A DNA stretch of 64,000 nucleotides, from IMG/VR virus record IMGVR_UViG_3300040770_000151, one strand, 5' to 3'. Both the position numbers and the translations under genes were made by a program. The notes below the pieces were generated by a model. It ran no database searches. It saw only the letters and a list, made by a program, of their open reading frames with translations, and was not told where the DNA came from. The stretch is from a virus. Of this stretch, positions 1 to 9,934 are shown in pieces (positions within the stretch are counted from its first letter, which is position 1; every line of letters begins with the position of its first letter).

Positions 1-1197
1 ATCAATTGGTATAGGTTGATTAGATAAACTAGCCAAACCTTGAACTATTAAACTATTATCAATTGGATCTACTTGCGGAGTATTGCCTATAAAAACTTTA
101 TTTTCTTTTTTAGGCTTTACCACTTTAGGTAATGGACTAGCTTTTAATTTAATGCTATCTTTCGTTGATCTATCAAGTATATCTTGATATTGTTCTAATA
201 CCTTACTAGTTTTAATCCATTCTTCTCTAATTTCAACAACTCTTTCTTTTGACTTTTCATAAGCAATTAAAGCAGGTTCAACTCCTGCACCGTTAGTACT
301 TGCAGCAGCTTTTAAGTATTCTTTTTCAAGTTTTATCTGCTCTTTTTTTGCTTTAATTAATAAAGCATTTATTTCATAAATTCTATACTGAGCATCTCCA
401 GCTTTACCTGCTACTTTTTCTGCAACTGCTTTTGCTACTAATGCTTTTGACACATCATTAATAACATCTTTTAAGTTACCATATAATATCTGTTCTTGGT
501 TTAAATTACCAAAATAAGCAGGGTATTGCTTTTGTAATTCTTGAACTGCAATTAATCGTTCTTTTTTACTTATCGTTTCATCTTGTGCAACTGATACTAA
601 AGCCTTAATAGTTGATATTTCTTCTTGTGCTGATTTATTAGCTTCTTTTGCAATATTTTTTAACGCTTCTGCACTTTCATTAAATGAACCAGTCATTCTC
701 TTATAAACATCGGCAACAGTAACACCGTTTTGGCTCATATAAGTAAAAGCAGTAGTGACCAAAGAAACAGCGAGCAATATACCTCCTGTACCCATAATAG
801 AACTAGCCATTGCTTTTAAAGCTCCACTTGTTGATCCTGTTTGTTCTTTTAAATATCCAAAACTTTCAGCAGTAGCAGTAATATTATTACCTATACCAAT
901 TATTCCGTAAGGTGCATCTTGTGCTATTCTTGAAAACTGCATTAATGCGTTACCTCCGTTTGCAACTTTTGGAGTAATTTCTTTAAAGCTATTCCCTGTA
1001 TCTTTCAAAGTAGTTCTTAAATCAGTAAGACTAGCTTTAACCGATTTAATATTGCCTTGTATTTCTTTAGTATCTAAACCTAAACTAATTCTTTCTATCT
1101 TTATCCTTGATAGTTCTTTTAAGTTAAGTTCAGCTTCTTTTATCTTTTTCTGTAAGTCTGTTACGTCCCCACCAATCTTAATTTCTAATCCTGCCAT
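1..1197 (-). CDS. Tail tape measure protein (N-terminal part, runs off window)
   Basis: Manually read from ATG at 1197: MAGLEIKIGGDVTDLQKK...FSRIAQDAPYGIIGIGNNI; follows tail chaperones; absent from ORF track because its stop is outside the window. Confidence 0.85.
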   Translation of the reverse strand, partial: MAGLEIKIGGDVTDLQKKIKEAELNLKELSRIKIERISLGLDTKEIQGNIKSVKASLTDLRTTLKDTGNSFKEITPKVANGGNALMQFSRIAQDAPYGIIGIGNNITATAESFGYLKEQTGSTSGALKAMASSIMGTGGILLAVSLVTTAFTYMSQNGVTVADVYKRMTGSFNESAEALKNIAKEANKSAQEEISTIKALVSVAQDETISKKERLIAVQELQKQYPAYFGNLNQEQILYGNLKDVINDVSKALVAKAVAEKVAGKAGDAQYRIYEINALLIKAKKEQIKLEKEYLKAAASTNGAGVEPALIAYEKSKERVVEIREEWIKTSKVLEQYQDILDRSTKDSIKLKASPLPKVVKPKKENKVFIGNTPQVDPIDNSLIVQGLASLSNQPIPID

Positions 1198-1469
1198 TAT
1201 TGCTTAGTATTTAAATATTGTTTGTATATCTCTAAGAAATTTTGTTTTTGTTCTTCACTTACACCGTGTTTTTTAGCCTTTCCACCACTCAAATCCATAA
1301 ACTTATCCATAGACTTCGGTAACTTTTTATAGTCTTGGTATGGTGCTATTAATGCGTTATAAGCTACTAATCTAAACTTCTCCCATTCTCTCACTTGCAT
1401 ACGCTTATAAGCAAAAAGGCGAATTTGGAACTCTGCATAAGTCATGTCATAAACATCTACTAACCGCAT
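1197..1469 (-). CDS. Tail assembly chaperone, frameshift (GT) C-terminal portion
   Basis: Frame is open upstream back to the A9 run at 1535-1543, in the -1 frame of the 1517-1855 ORF; directly precedes TMP. Confidence 0.7.
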   Translation of the reverse strand: MRLVDVYDMTYAEFQIRLFAYKRMQVREWEKFRLVAYNALIAPYQDYKKLPKSMDKFMDLSGGKAKKHGVSEEQKQNFLEIYKQYLNTKQ

Positions 1470-1516
1470 AATTCCAAGTTCGCCACAAGCAAAAGAGATA
1501 ACATCCCTTTTAAAAT

Positions 1517-1855
1517 CTATTTCACTACTTTCGCTTTTTTTTTATCGTTTGGATCAGTAGGCACGTCTTTAAACATAGATTCGTTAAAAGCTACCTTAAA
1601 ATCAATCCAAAACTTACCGCCTACACCGCCATTATCATCAATAAAGTCGTGTAAGTTAGCCATAGTAAAGTCAATATCTTTACCGTTTCTTTTTAATGCG
1701 TACTTGTGAGAATACAACATTAATTTAGGTATCAAAATAATATCATCTTGCGTGCCTAATTCATCAAGTTTTAAACCAGTACCTTCGATTAATTCACTTA
1801 AAAAACCGATTCCAAAATGGAAATCCATTCCTAAAATTGTTTTTAATACACTCAT
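1517..1855 (-). CDS. Tail assembly chaperone (G)
   Basis: Lies between major tail and TMP; ends in KKK encoded by an A9 slippery run. Confidence 0.75.
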   Translation of the reverse strand: MSVLKTILGMDFHFGIGFLSELIEGTGLKLDELGTQDDIILIPKLMLYSHKYALKRNGKDIDFTMANLHDFIDDNGGVGGKFWIDFKVAFNESMFKDVPTDPNDKKKAKVVK

Positions 1856-2292
1856 TATAGTAAAGGGTCTACTTTTACAACTTCTCCGCTACCTTCCATT
1901 GTAATACTAAATGTACTCAATTCATCACCAGCACCTTGCTCTAGTGGTAAATTAGTTATAATAGCAGTACCGTAATAAATCACACCTGTTACTCCTGTGT
2001 CTAATTTCCAATTAACTGGTAATTTAGCAACTAATTTAGTAAATAAGTAATCGTGCGAAGCCTTTGTAGTGTCACCTCCTACACTTGTAGTATCAATGTA
2101 TTCTCCCTCAGCTTCAAGTGTATATGTAAACATTCCTGCTGTTTTCGTAACAACTCCGGGATTACATTTTGTCATTGATTCAATAATTGAAACGTTAGGA
2201 CTAAATGAACTTGAAGTTAAACAAGCTAAAGGTCTGTAAATTGTTCCGTCATTGATGTATAGTAATCCTAATTCTCCTTTAATTGGTCCCAT
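1855..2292 (-). CDS. Major tail (tube) protein
   Basis: 145 aa, CLTSSSF...TKCNPG...G.AIITNL...STFSITMEGSG pattern; synteny. Confidence 0.8.
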   Translation of the reverse strand: MGPIKGELGLLYINDGTIYRPLACLTSSSFSPNVSIIESMTKCNPGVVTKTAGMFTYTLEAEGEYIDTTSVGGDTTKASHDYLFTKLVAKLPVNWKLDTGVTGVIYYGTAIITNLPLEQGAGDELSTFSITMEGSGEVVKVDPLL

Positions 2293-2305
2293 ATTGTATT
2301 GTATT

Positions 2306-2737
2306 TTATATTAGTGTTAAGTTAAGTCTCATTAATGATCTAAAGATAATTTCAGTATCAGTTATCGTTTCTAAATTAGCTTCAAAAGTGATATTTTGCG
2401 TAAGGTTTTCAAATCCTTGTACTGTTATTTTAGGGTTTAATAAATCCAACATCGCTTGCTCAATATCATTTAAAAGCAACCTTGAACCGCTATTTCCTGC
2501 ACTTGATGTTTTAGTAAATATTTCAATTAATAGCGATGTTTCCCATCTATACGCGCATTTAGTAGCCTTATCAACTTCTTTTGTTTGCGATGATAAAAGT
2601 ACATATTCTTTTAAAGTACTATTTCCAGAAAGTCTACTATCATACGAAAATATCTGTTTCCCACTCACAACAATCCCATTAATAAGGTCGTGAACTGATT
2701 TTCTAATAAATTTATCTGGATTGATATTTATTCCCAT
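2306..2737 (-). CDS. Tail terminator/completion protein
   Basis: Position between gp10-like gene and tail tube; size. Confidence 0.6.
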   Translation of the reverse strand: MGININPDKFIRKSVHDLINGIVVSGKQIFSYDSRLSGNSTLKEYVLLSSQTKEVDKATKCAYRWETSLLIEIFTKTSSAGNSGSRLLLNDIEQAMLDLLNPKITVQGFENLTQNITFEANLETITDTEIIFRSLMRLNLTLI

Positions 2738-2750
2738 AAAACAAAGATAA

Positions 2751-3266
2751 TCAAATTTTCTTATTATATGATTTTAATAGTTTAGTCAAATTGTCTAAAT
2801 ATTTCTTTTTACCTTGTATGTAAGCAGGATATAAAAACGGTCTCGGTTCAATTCCAGCTCCTAATATTTTAGCAAATATTGGATAGGCTGCTTTTTCATC
2901 AATTCCTTTAGATCTACACCACACTTTTATTGCTTCCAAACCTTCTTTAAACGTTCCTATTTTTTGTCCTTGAAACTCTTTAGCCATGTTAGCAAACTCA
3001 GCAGGAACTTGTACTTTTGTTCCTGTTCCAAATTCCATATAAGCACCGTAATACTCATTAACTCGAACACTATATAAATCAGCTTTTTCTTTTTTAACGG
3101 ATATACTTTGAGCAAGTTTACTAAAGTTTTTAGGTGCTAACTTTTTAGCATTTCCAGCAATATCATTAGCAGCGTCTTCGGTTTCCGCATTAATCAATTC
3201 AATAGAATCTTTGCCAAACTTACGCAATTCTTTTATAGTTTCGTTTATACCTTTAACTGATGCCAT
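2751..3266 (-). CDS. HK97 gp10-like tail component
   Basis: YGAYMEFGTG and PRPFLYPA motifs. Confidence 0.8.
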   Translation of the reverse strand: MASVKGINETIKELRKFGKDSIELINAETEDAANDIAGNAKKLAPKNFSKLAQSISVKKEKADLYSVRVNEYYGAYMEFGTGTKVQVPAEFANMAKEFQGQKIGTFKEGLEAIKVWCRSKGIDEKAAYPIFAKILGAGIEPRPFLYPAYIQGKKKYLDNLTKLLKSYNKKI

Positions 3267-3579
3267 TTGCGCTTATTGTTACAAATCTAAATAGTTCATC
3301 ATCATAGCGTAAATCATTAACTACATACTTTGCATTTCGATACACAATACTTAAATTAGAAATATCCATATCTAAATTAATGTTTGCTCTAATTTTAAAA
3401 GTATAGTTGTTTTTAATTTGTGAGTTACCTATTGAATTATCTTTAAATGCGCTGTTTTGCTTTACATCAGCCCAATACGCACCAATCAAAACATCCTGAA
3501 CGGTATATCCACCAAAACCATCTGAAACATCAGTAGTTTTAAATATCTGTATTTTACGTGTGTATTGTCTGCTAATCAT
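3253..3579 (-). CDS. Head closure / head-tail adaptor
   Basis: 108 aa, DGFGG...WA...FKIR pattern; synteny. Confidence 0.7.
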   Translation of the reverse strand: MISRQYTRKIQIFKTTDVSDGFGGYTVQDVLIGAYWADVKQNSAFKDNSIGNSQIKNNYTFKIRANINLDMDISNLSIVYRNAKYVVNDLRYDDELFRFVTISANGIS

Positions 3580-4025
3580 TACATAAATCTTTTATAAATA
3601 TCCAAAACTTCGTGAACTGCCATAGGTATTAAAGTTGTATTTACTTGCTTTTCACTTTCGTAATACCAAACCTTCAACATTTGCAAAGCAGCTTGTATCA
3701 AATCATCAGGAACCGTATCAATCGCATAACCTACATTTAAAACTACTTCTTTATCGTTTGGAAATATCTTAAACAAAGAATAATCTAAATTAAAAGGAGT
3801 AGGAGTTGTTACAATTGAGTTAATAGGAAAATCATATACTTTTACCTGACACACACCTCTATACGTTTTATCTTGCTCAAACATTATATGATTAGTTCTC
3901 TTTTCAATAAAACGTAAAGATGCATTTATCATTGATATAATTTCATCGTCATCGTCAGAATTACCTAAGTCGATCCTTAGATAATTCTTTGCACGATCAA
4001 GTGTTATGACATCTAAATAACTCAT
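3579..4025 (-). CDS. Head-tail connector (gp6/gp15-like)
   Basis: ITLDRAKNYLRID...VPDDLIQAALQMLKVWY. Confidence 0.8.
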   Translation of the reverse strand: MSYLDVITLDRAKNYLRIDLGNSDDDDEIISMINASLRFIEKRTNHIMFEQDKTYRGVCQVKVYDFPINSIVTTPTPFNLDYSLFKIFPNDKEVVLNVGYAIDTVPDDLIQAALQMLKVWYYESEKQVNTTLIPMAVHEVLDIYKRFM

Positions 4026-4027
4026 AT

Positions 4028-4354
4028 TTAATAAGATATAACCGCAACACTTACGGATGTAACACCACTATAAGCTACGTTTACTAGTCCTGTAGTAGCA
4101 TTAAAACGACCTGTATCAAGTAATCCAATAACTCTTTCTGATCCTGCTGGTATACTTACGGTTATATCCACATCTGTGCCATAGTTAGATAATTGCTTAC
4201 TATCAATCGTTACTGTAATAGCAGCTACTCCACCGTTTTTTACGTGTAAGTATGTTCTACCATTATTTAAAAAAGTATCACCTCCTACGCTAGCAACGTT
4301 GAAAACTGGAGTAATTCCTGCTAAAGCAATTTTTTGTACTGTAAATTGTGCCAT
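4028..4354 (-). CDS. Putative small virion protein
   Basis: Beta-rich 108 aa between MCP and connector. Confidence 0.45.
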   Translation of the reverse strand: MAQFTVQKIALAGITPVFNVASVGGDTFLNNGRTYLHVKNGGVAAITVTIDSKQLSNYGTDVDITVSIPAGSERVIGLLDTGRFNATTGLVNVAYSGVTSVSVAVISY

Positions 4355-4356
4355 TA

Positions 4357-4515
4357 TTATTTATTTTTATTAGTTACTTTTTCTTTTACCTCAATAAGAT
4401 AATCAAACATTGCTTCAAATTCATCTTCTTTTGTAAGTTCGATTGTGTCCCCTACATTATAATGTTTTTGTTCTGACAACTTAAAAAACTCTTGTACTAC
4501 GCTATATTTTTTCAT
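4357..4515 (-). CDS. Small hypothetical head-associated protein (52 aa)
   Basis: Manual ORF MKKYSVVQEFFKL...YNVGDTIELT... Confidence 0.55.
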   Translation of the reverse strand: MKKYSVVQEFFKLSEQKHYNVGDTIELTKEDEFEAMFDYLIEVKEKVTNKNK

Positions 4516-4569
4516 AGTTAATTTATTTATTTATTCAAAGATACAAAAAAAACCATTCGTTAAAATGGT

Positions 4570-4836
4570 TTATTTAAATTCTGTTTTATGTATTGTAATA
4601 TTATTATAAACTATTGGAAACTTTAACCTTGCTAATGTATGATAGGGTAATTTCTCAAACTCACAACACTTTTTTAAATTTCCGTATGCTTCTACTCGTG
4701 ATCCTTGAATGAATACTATTATATTTTTTCGGTTCATTTTAGGTTTTTTATCAAATCTTTTATTACTTTCTTCAACCCATTTACTAGGCGTTTTACTAAT
4801 TAGTGCTTCTAATTTATCTTTCATATCTTGATTCAT
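4570..4836 (-). CDS. Hypothetical protein, possible small DNA-binding protein (moron)
   Basis: ORF track; lies in the insert between MCP and connector genes. Confidence 0.5.
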   Translation of the reverse strand: MNQDMKDKLEALISKTPSKWVEESNKRFDKKPKMNRKNIIVFIQGSRVEAYGNLKKCCEFEKLPYHTLARLKFPIVYNNITIHKTEFK

Positions 4837-5165
4837 ATGATTTCATTTTAAAAAAGGTAGTTTATGCCAGTCTACTATTTACTTCGAGTTTAATTCACGG
4901 TTTCCGCACCCGTAACACTGCTTTTACACTCTACCTTTGATTAATTAAAAAAAAGCCTTAAAACTTGCTATCAGTTCTATTTTAAGGCTATAACTACTTC
5001 TATTTTTAACGTGTTGAAATTATTAAATTACCTGACTTATTTACTTCTAAATTAATATCAAGTTCCTCTTTTACTTTTCTTATACAGTTTTCTAAGTTAT
5101 AAACTGTTGCAGAGCCTTTAGTCTTAATTTCTTCGACTATTAGCTCTGCTGCTCTTTTTCTTATA

Positions 5166-5372
5166 TTAAGCATTACAAAACGCTTTTGCTAGTTTGTTAG
5201 CGTCGTACTCTCTTGCAAACATTGTTCTAGTTATAAACTTTTTATCTTCATTTTGAACAGAGAAAAAAGTTCTTTTAGTTCCTTCTTTTACCACTTTTAC
5301 AACTGTTGCTTTTTTGTTTGTAGTTGGGTTGTTATAAGTTGTTTTTGAGTTTAATACTATGAAAGTTGACAT
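5166..5372 (-). CDS. Hypothetical protein (moron)
   Basis: Directly behind its own TATCTTTG promoter (5409-5416). Confidence 0.6.
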   Translation of the reverse strand: MSTFIVLNSKTTYNNPTTNKKATVVKVVKEGTKRTFFSVQNEDKKFITRTMFAREYDANKLAKAFCNA

Positions 5373-5478
5373 ATCTTTTAGTTTTAGTGTTTTGCCTTAT
5401 TAGCTCTACAAAGATACAACCAATATCCGTATAAACAATACATTTTATAAAACTTTAACATTTTATTTTTTAAGCATA

Positions 5479-5508
5479 AAAAAAACCGTTACAATACGTA
5501 ACGGTTTT
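5479..5508 (-). terminator. Intrinsic terminator after MCP
   Basis: aaaaaaaaccgttac-aatac-gtaacggtttt hairpin. Confidence 0.75.
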
Positions 5509-5532
5509 AATCCCCTTTCTATTAAGTTAGTA

Positions 5533-6660
5533 CTATACAGCTAAAAAGTTTCCGTAAACTAATGCCAACGGTTGTTCTACTGCTAAAGCTACTTGCGCTT
5601 CAATTCTAGCAGTAATATTATTTTTCACAAAGTTAGTACCCTCTTGCTCTGAAAATTCAAGAGAAAGACCCTCAGTGATAATTTTATTAACTCTTGACCA
5701 ATCACCAACATAATATCTGTTAGCAGCAACCCACGTAGCCACATAAATTGGAATACCGTTAATTCTCAATTGCCCACCTTCAAATGTGACAACCTGTGGC
5801 AATCCGTAACCAGCACCTGTTGATTTTTCGATAGTTAAGATTGACCAATAATCAGAAGGACGAATCACAATTCCATTAACTGAATAGTTGTTGTTTTGCA
5901 ATTTTGCAATCTCATTGATTAACATTTCGATCTTATTCTTACCTGTGATAATCTCAGTTGATGCAGTAGCAGCAGCAGCTAATGTGGTATTAAATGCAGC
6001 ATTCTCAGCAATCGCATAATCTCTACGTAGCGCCTTAGGAATGAATGATGTTAAGAATGGTAAATTGTTAGCCATTTTTTTAGAATAACGTGTAAGTCCT
6101 GCGATAAAATCAGTGTTCACATCTACCATTGTAAAGTCGTAATCTCTTTGTGATTTAGTAGCACCCTCAACCTGTGCACCGATTGAACCTTCGCCAACTC
6201 CCTCTACAGGAAATGTATAAGTACCTCCTGAAATAGTAACAGAACCAACCAAATCAGAAACGTTTACCGCTTGACCTGGAATCATTACAACATCAAAGTT
6301 ATAATCTTTTGGTTGAGCTCCTGTTAAATTTACTGGTAATGTCATATCACCAACTACTTTTACTTGTACTGCAGCACCTTTACGAACTTGTCCAATTTGA
6401 GCAAAGTTCTCCGAAATTCCTTTTACTAAAGTATCTTCTCCTTTTTTCAATTCTAATGATTTCTCTTGTAGTTTTAAATCTAATTTATCAGCGTGTTCTT
6501 GTGTAGCTTTTAAATCGTTTTTTAATCCTTCGATAGTTAAAGTTTGCTCGTTTTTTGCAGATTCCAATAATGCTTTAAAGTCAATCGCTTGCTCACTTGT
6601 TTTAGTTTCTACTTGTGTTTTAATCGCTTCTAAAGCGTTTTTAATTTCTAATGCTTCCAT
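5533..6660 (-). CDS. Major capsid protein, HK97 family
   Basis: Coiled-coil delta-domain N-terminus; VGEG...K; RIEAQVALAVEQPLALVYG C-terminus. Confidence 0.9.
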   Translation of the reverse strand: MEALEIKNALEAIKTQVETKTSEQAIDFKALLESAKNEQTLTIEGLKNDLKATQEHADKLDLKLQEKSLELKKGEDTLVKGISENFAQIGQVRKGAAVQVKVVGDMTLPVNLTGAQPKDYNFDVVMIPGQAVNVSDLVGSVTISGGTYTFPVEGVGEGSIGAQVEGATKSQRDYDFTMVDVNTDFIAGLTRYSKKMANNLPFLTSFIPKALRRDYAIAENAAFNTTLAAAATASTEIITGKNKIEMLINEIAKLQNNNYSVNGIVIRPSDYWSILTIEKSTGAGYGLPQVVTFEGGQLRINGIPIYVATWVAANRYYVGDWSRVNKIITEGLSLEFSEQEGTNFVKNNITARIEAQVALAVEQPLALVYGNFLAV

Positions 6661-6670
6661 TGTGTTTGTT

Positions 6671-7315
6671 TTAAAATTTAAATGATTTTAACGTGTCTAA
6701 AATAATCGGCTTATCATCTAAAGTGATAGTTTCTATCGGCTCATTTGTAAGTGATTTTAATAATGTTTCAATTTGTCTTAGTCTTTCGTCCGAGTAATCC
6801 AAATTATATGATTTTTCAATAAGTTCTAGTATTCCATAAGTAGATTTAATACTTTTTATTCCTTGTACCGTACTTAGTTCGTTAGCACCCCAACTAGACA
6901 AAAAAGAATATTCCATTAACTTATATTCGTTAATAATACTTTTGTTCTTAGAGTCTCTTTGTATTACTTGGTAACCTATGCTTAATTCAGCATTTAAGTT
7001 GTTTTCGTGCATCAATTTTACATCTTGAAACATATCCCTACCTAAATCCTTTTGCATATTGAATTGACTTGTTGTCAATAATCCGTATGTATCTTTAGTA
7101 TCAATCATTAAAGGCACTCCTATCATCATTGTAGGATTATGGTCTTTTAATACACGAATACGTTTGAAGTTTTCATTTACCGTTTTTTCAAACGAACCAA
7201 ATGCCGAAATATCTCCATCACTATCCTTAAAATTATAAGCATTTGCATAAGCAGTCACTACTCCTTTCTTTTCGTCTAATTCCTTTAAATCGTACGATAA
7301 TTGTTTAAAATCCAT
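6671..7315 (-). CDS. HK97 prohead protease
   Basis: YANAYNFKDSDGD, HN, LSIGY, EYSFL motifs. Confidence 0.9.
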   Translation of the reverse strand: MDFKQLSYDLKELDEKKGVVTAYANAYNFKDSDGDISAFGSFEKTVNENFKRIRVLKDHNPTMMIGVPLMIDTKDTYGLLTTSQFNMQKDLGRDMFQDVKLMHENNLNAELSIGYQVIQRDSKNKSIINEYKLMEYSFLSSWGANELSTVQGIKSIKSTYGILELIEKSYNLDYSDERLRQIETLLKSLTNEPIETITLDDKPIILDTLKSFKF

Positions 7316-7511
7316 ATTTCGTTTGTTTTAGATAATTATACAAAAGTTTAGTTTCGTTTTCTAAAGATTCTATTTTTAGTTCAAATTCTTTTTGTTTTAA
7401 TTCAATTTCTTTTTCTAGATATTCTAAATTTAACTCTAGTATTTCTATTGTATTTTTTTGCTCTGCAATCCAACTTTGCACACTTGTTTCGTATTGTTTT
7501 TGAATATCCAT
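7305..7511 (-). CDS. Hypothetical coiled-coil protein
   Basis: ORF track; E/K/L heptads. Confidence 0.55.
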   Translation of the reverse strand: MDIQKQYETSVQSWIAEQKNTIEILELNLEYLEKEIELKQKEFELKIESLENETKLLYNYLKQTKYGF

Positions 7512-7516
7512 ATATC

Positions 7517-8278
7517 TTAACTTTTTCTTATTAACATTCCGTTTTCGTCTCGTTTACCTTTAAAAGCAATAGTACACCTGCAATTTATAACTTGACTAGG
7601 TTTTCCTTTCGTGTCGCCTGGATATAATAAAGAACTTCCATCAGCCATAACAAAAGGCTCTTCTAAATCTATTATTTGCCCATTCTCGATAATATGATCT
7701 CTTCTAGTGCGGTTATCTGTTGCGCTAATCCATTCTTTAGTCATTACTAAATTGCTTTGTCTAGCAGTTTCAAAAGCAGCCAAACCGCTTGCGCTTGTTG
7801 TTTCAGTCCTTGCAATTCGTAACGCTTGCCATTTGTAAAATGATTGCGAACGCTTAACTACATTGTATATCGCATTTTGGATATCTATAACTGTAGCGTT
7901 TTCGCCTAATTGCTTTTTAACCGCTTCAATAACTGATTCAATCAAAGTTTCACGAACCGAAGTTATTTTTATACCGCCCTCGTTAGACAAAAATAACAAT
8001 AATTGTTCTAGTAAAACATCGTTGAACAATATATTTGCTTTAATATCCTTTTCTAAGCTATTTTTAACCTTATTACCGTAATTTAAACCAATTGCGGTGT
8101 ATATCTCTACAAACATATTTTTTACTTGCAAATCGGTTATATTTCCTATTATAAGTAATTCATAAGTTGAGCGTGTCACGTTATTGGTAGGTATCTTTGA
8201 CAATATCTCTTTAACGTGCTTTTGAATGATTCTATACGCTTTACGCTCGTAAATACTTTGTAATTTAGTCCAATTCAT
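7517..8278 (-). CDS. Head morphogenesis protein (Mu F / SPP1 gp7-like)
   Basis: RIARTET...KEW...DNRTRRDH...PGD...INCRC. Confidence 0.88.
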   Translation of the reverse strand: MNWTKLQSIYERKAYRIIQKHVKEILSKIPTNNVTRSTYELLIIGNITDLQVKNMFVEIYTAIGLNYGNKVKNSLEKDIKANILFNDVLLEQLLLFLSNEGGIKITSVRETLIESVIEAVKKQLGENATVIDIQNAIYNVVKRSQSFYKWQALRIARTETTSASGLAAFETARQSNLVMTKEWISATDNRTRRDHIIENGQIIDLEEPFVMADGSSLLYPGDTKGKPSQVINCRCTIAFKGKRDENGMLIRKS

Positions 8279-8350
8279 TTAACAAAAAATTTGAATTATA
8301 ATATGACCAATAACAAAACCAATACAAAATCCTAATAAATACTTTTTCAT
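8279..8350 (-). CDS. 23-aa hydrophobic peptide
   Basis: Manual ORF MKKYLLGFCIGFVIGHIIIQIFC abutting both neighbours. Confidence 0.4.
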   Translation of the reverse strand: MKKYLLGFCIGFVIGHIIIQIFC

Positions 8351-8353
8351 AAT

Positions 8354-8539
8354 TTATACTCTGAATTTTGTTTCTTTTTCTTCAATTACAATCATATAAT
8401 TTACAGGAACAAAAGATTGTATTTTACCGTTTTCGTCTTTTATAGTAAAGCATTGAAAGTCTGAACTAGGAAGCATTATTTCCTTGCAATTAACTGAGTA
8501 AATTAAATTACCTTCGAAATATATTTTTGCTGTTTTCAT
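8354..8539 (-). CDS. Hypothetical protein
   Basis: ORF track; tightly packed in operon. Confidence 0.55.
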   Translation of the reverse strand: MKTAKIYFEGNLIYSVNCKEIMLPSSDFQCFTIKDENGKIQSFVPVNYMIVIEEKETKFRV

Positions 8540-8542
8540 AAC

Positions 8543-9919
8543 TTATAAATTAGCTTCATTAATTACTCCCTCGCTTATATCGTCAATTCTCTTTTTACCG
8601 CTATTTAACCAAACAACATCCATACCATCCTCATTTAGTGTCTCGTATTTAAAAGCAGTACGCATTTCATTTGGTGTTAAAGGTAGTTTATCCAGCCACT
8701 CAACCATTGATACCATATCATCCTGCATTTCTGGCAATTCCGTAACATCCCATTCTATAACTGCATTTTCATAACCTTTGAAACGTTTAATAAAGTTTTT
8801 GTTTAAACTATCTTGCAATATTATTAAATCGGGTTGTATATCGTTCGTTATTAACTCTTTTCTTGCATCGTTTGAATCTGTTTTAGCTAATGATCCTCCA
8901 CTTTTTTCGCCTAACAATTCTTTTGGGTAATTAAGAACATTACAAATCGTATTTCTATCCCATTGTAAGTAATCAAATGGTTTAAGTTCGTCAGTTGTTA
9001 AGGCTATTCTTTGAAAACCGACCTCAACACTAGATGCGCCAATTTTACCAAGTCTTTCCGCATCGTTGTCTTGTTCGATTAACTTTTCTTTTAACGAATT
9101 AGCTTGATCTTGTGTTAATGGAGCACCCTTACCAAATAAGAAGCCATACGCACCACTATTCTGCATCATTTTGATATTGTTATCAATAGCACTATTTTGT
9201 ATATTGATATTACGCAAAGCGGCTTGTAATGGCGAATGACCGTATAAATGCGAACCTTGTGTGTCAAAGTTTGGGTTAGGGTATTTTATATGAATTACGT
9301 TATCAGCACTAAACTCTGTGTAAGTATTACCCTCTGTTAGAATATAGTGAGAAACAGGACTTTCAACGCTTAACATGTCAGCGTTAGGTTTTAATACTAT
9401 TTCAATTAAATGACTAGGTAAAACGTAAACTAATAAAGGAACGCCCGCATTCATTCCATCCTCTGGAGTAACAAAATAAATATAACAGTTTCCTGTTATT
9501 TTCATATAAGTCTTATACAATGCAAATATATCGCTCCAAGTTTGAGTTGGATTTGGTTGCTCTAATGGAAATGGTAAAGTTTCATCGCTATAAGCTTTTG
9601 TTTGTAGCTTTATTTGCTTAACAAATTGATTTAATGATAATGTACCGTTAGTAGCTTGATTAAGTTGTTTCAGGTCGTAATATGACTTTTTATCACTAAC
9701 TTTTTTTATTGAATAAGGAACGGAAACAGTTTTTAGTGATTGCTTATTGATAATCGAATAAACATCAGGATTAATATTATATCCTTTTTCTAAGTAAGTT
9801 TTATTATTCTGATCGTATTTAGTACTTGCGCCACCTAACAATTGATAAAAAGCACGGTTAAAAGCATTTACTTCCGATTGTTTATTTCTGTTAAAAAAGT
9901 TTTTAAAAATGTTTGCCAT
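8543..9919 (-). CDS. Portal protein (HK97-type)
   Basis: TGNCY, VIHIKYPNP...LYGHSPLQAA motifs; follows TerL. Confidence 0.9.
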   Translation of the reverse strand: MANIFKNFFNRNKQSEVNAFNRAFYQLLGGASTKYDQNNKTYLEKGYNINPDVYSIINKQSLKTVSVPYSIKKVSDKKSYYDLKQLNQATNGTLSLNQFVKQIKLQTKAYSDETLPFPLEQPNPTQTWSDIFALYKTYMKITGNCYIYFVTPEDGMNAGVPLLVYVLPSHLIEIVLKPNADMLSVESPVSHYILTEGNTYTEFSADNVIHIKYPNPNFDTQGSHLYGHSPLQAALRNINIQNSAIDNNIKMMQNSGAYGFLFGKGAPLTQDQANSLKEKLIEQDNDAERLGKIGASSVEVGFQRIALTTDELKPFDYLQWDRNTICNVLNYPKELLGEKSGGSLAKTDSNDARKELITNDIQPDLIILQDSLNKNFIKRFKGYENAVIEWDVTELPEMQDDMVSMVEWLDKLPLTPNEMRTAFKYETLNEDGMDVVWLNSGKKRIDDISEGVINEANL

Positions 9920-9934
9920 ATTTTACATAAAATA

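Noticed and set aside
4853-4938. Twister ribozyme (TAACACTGC resembles a twister segment)
   Set aside because: The remaining P4 loop and pseudoknot elements could not be placed.
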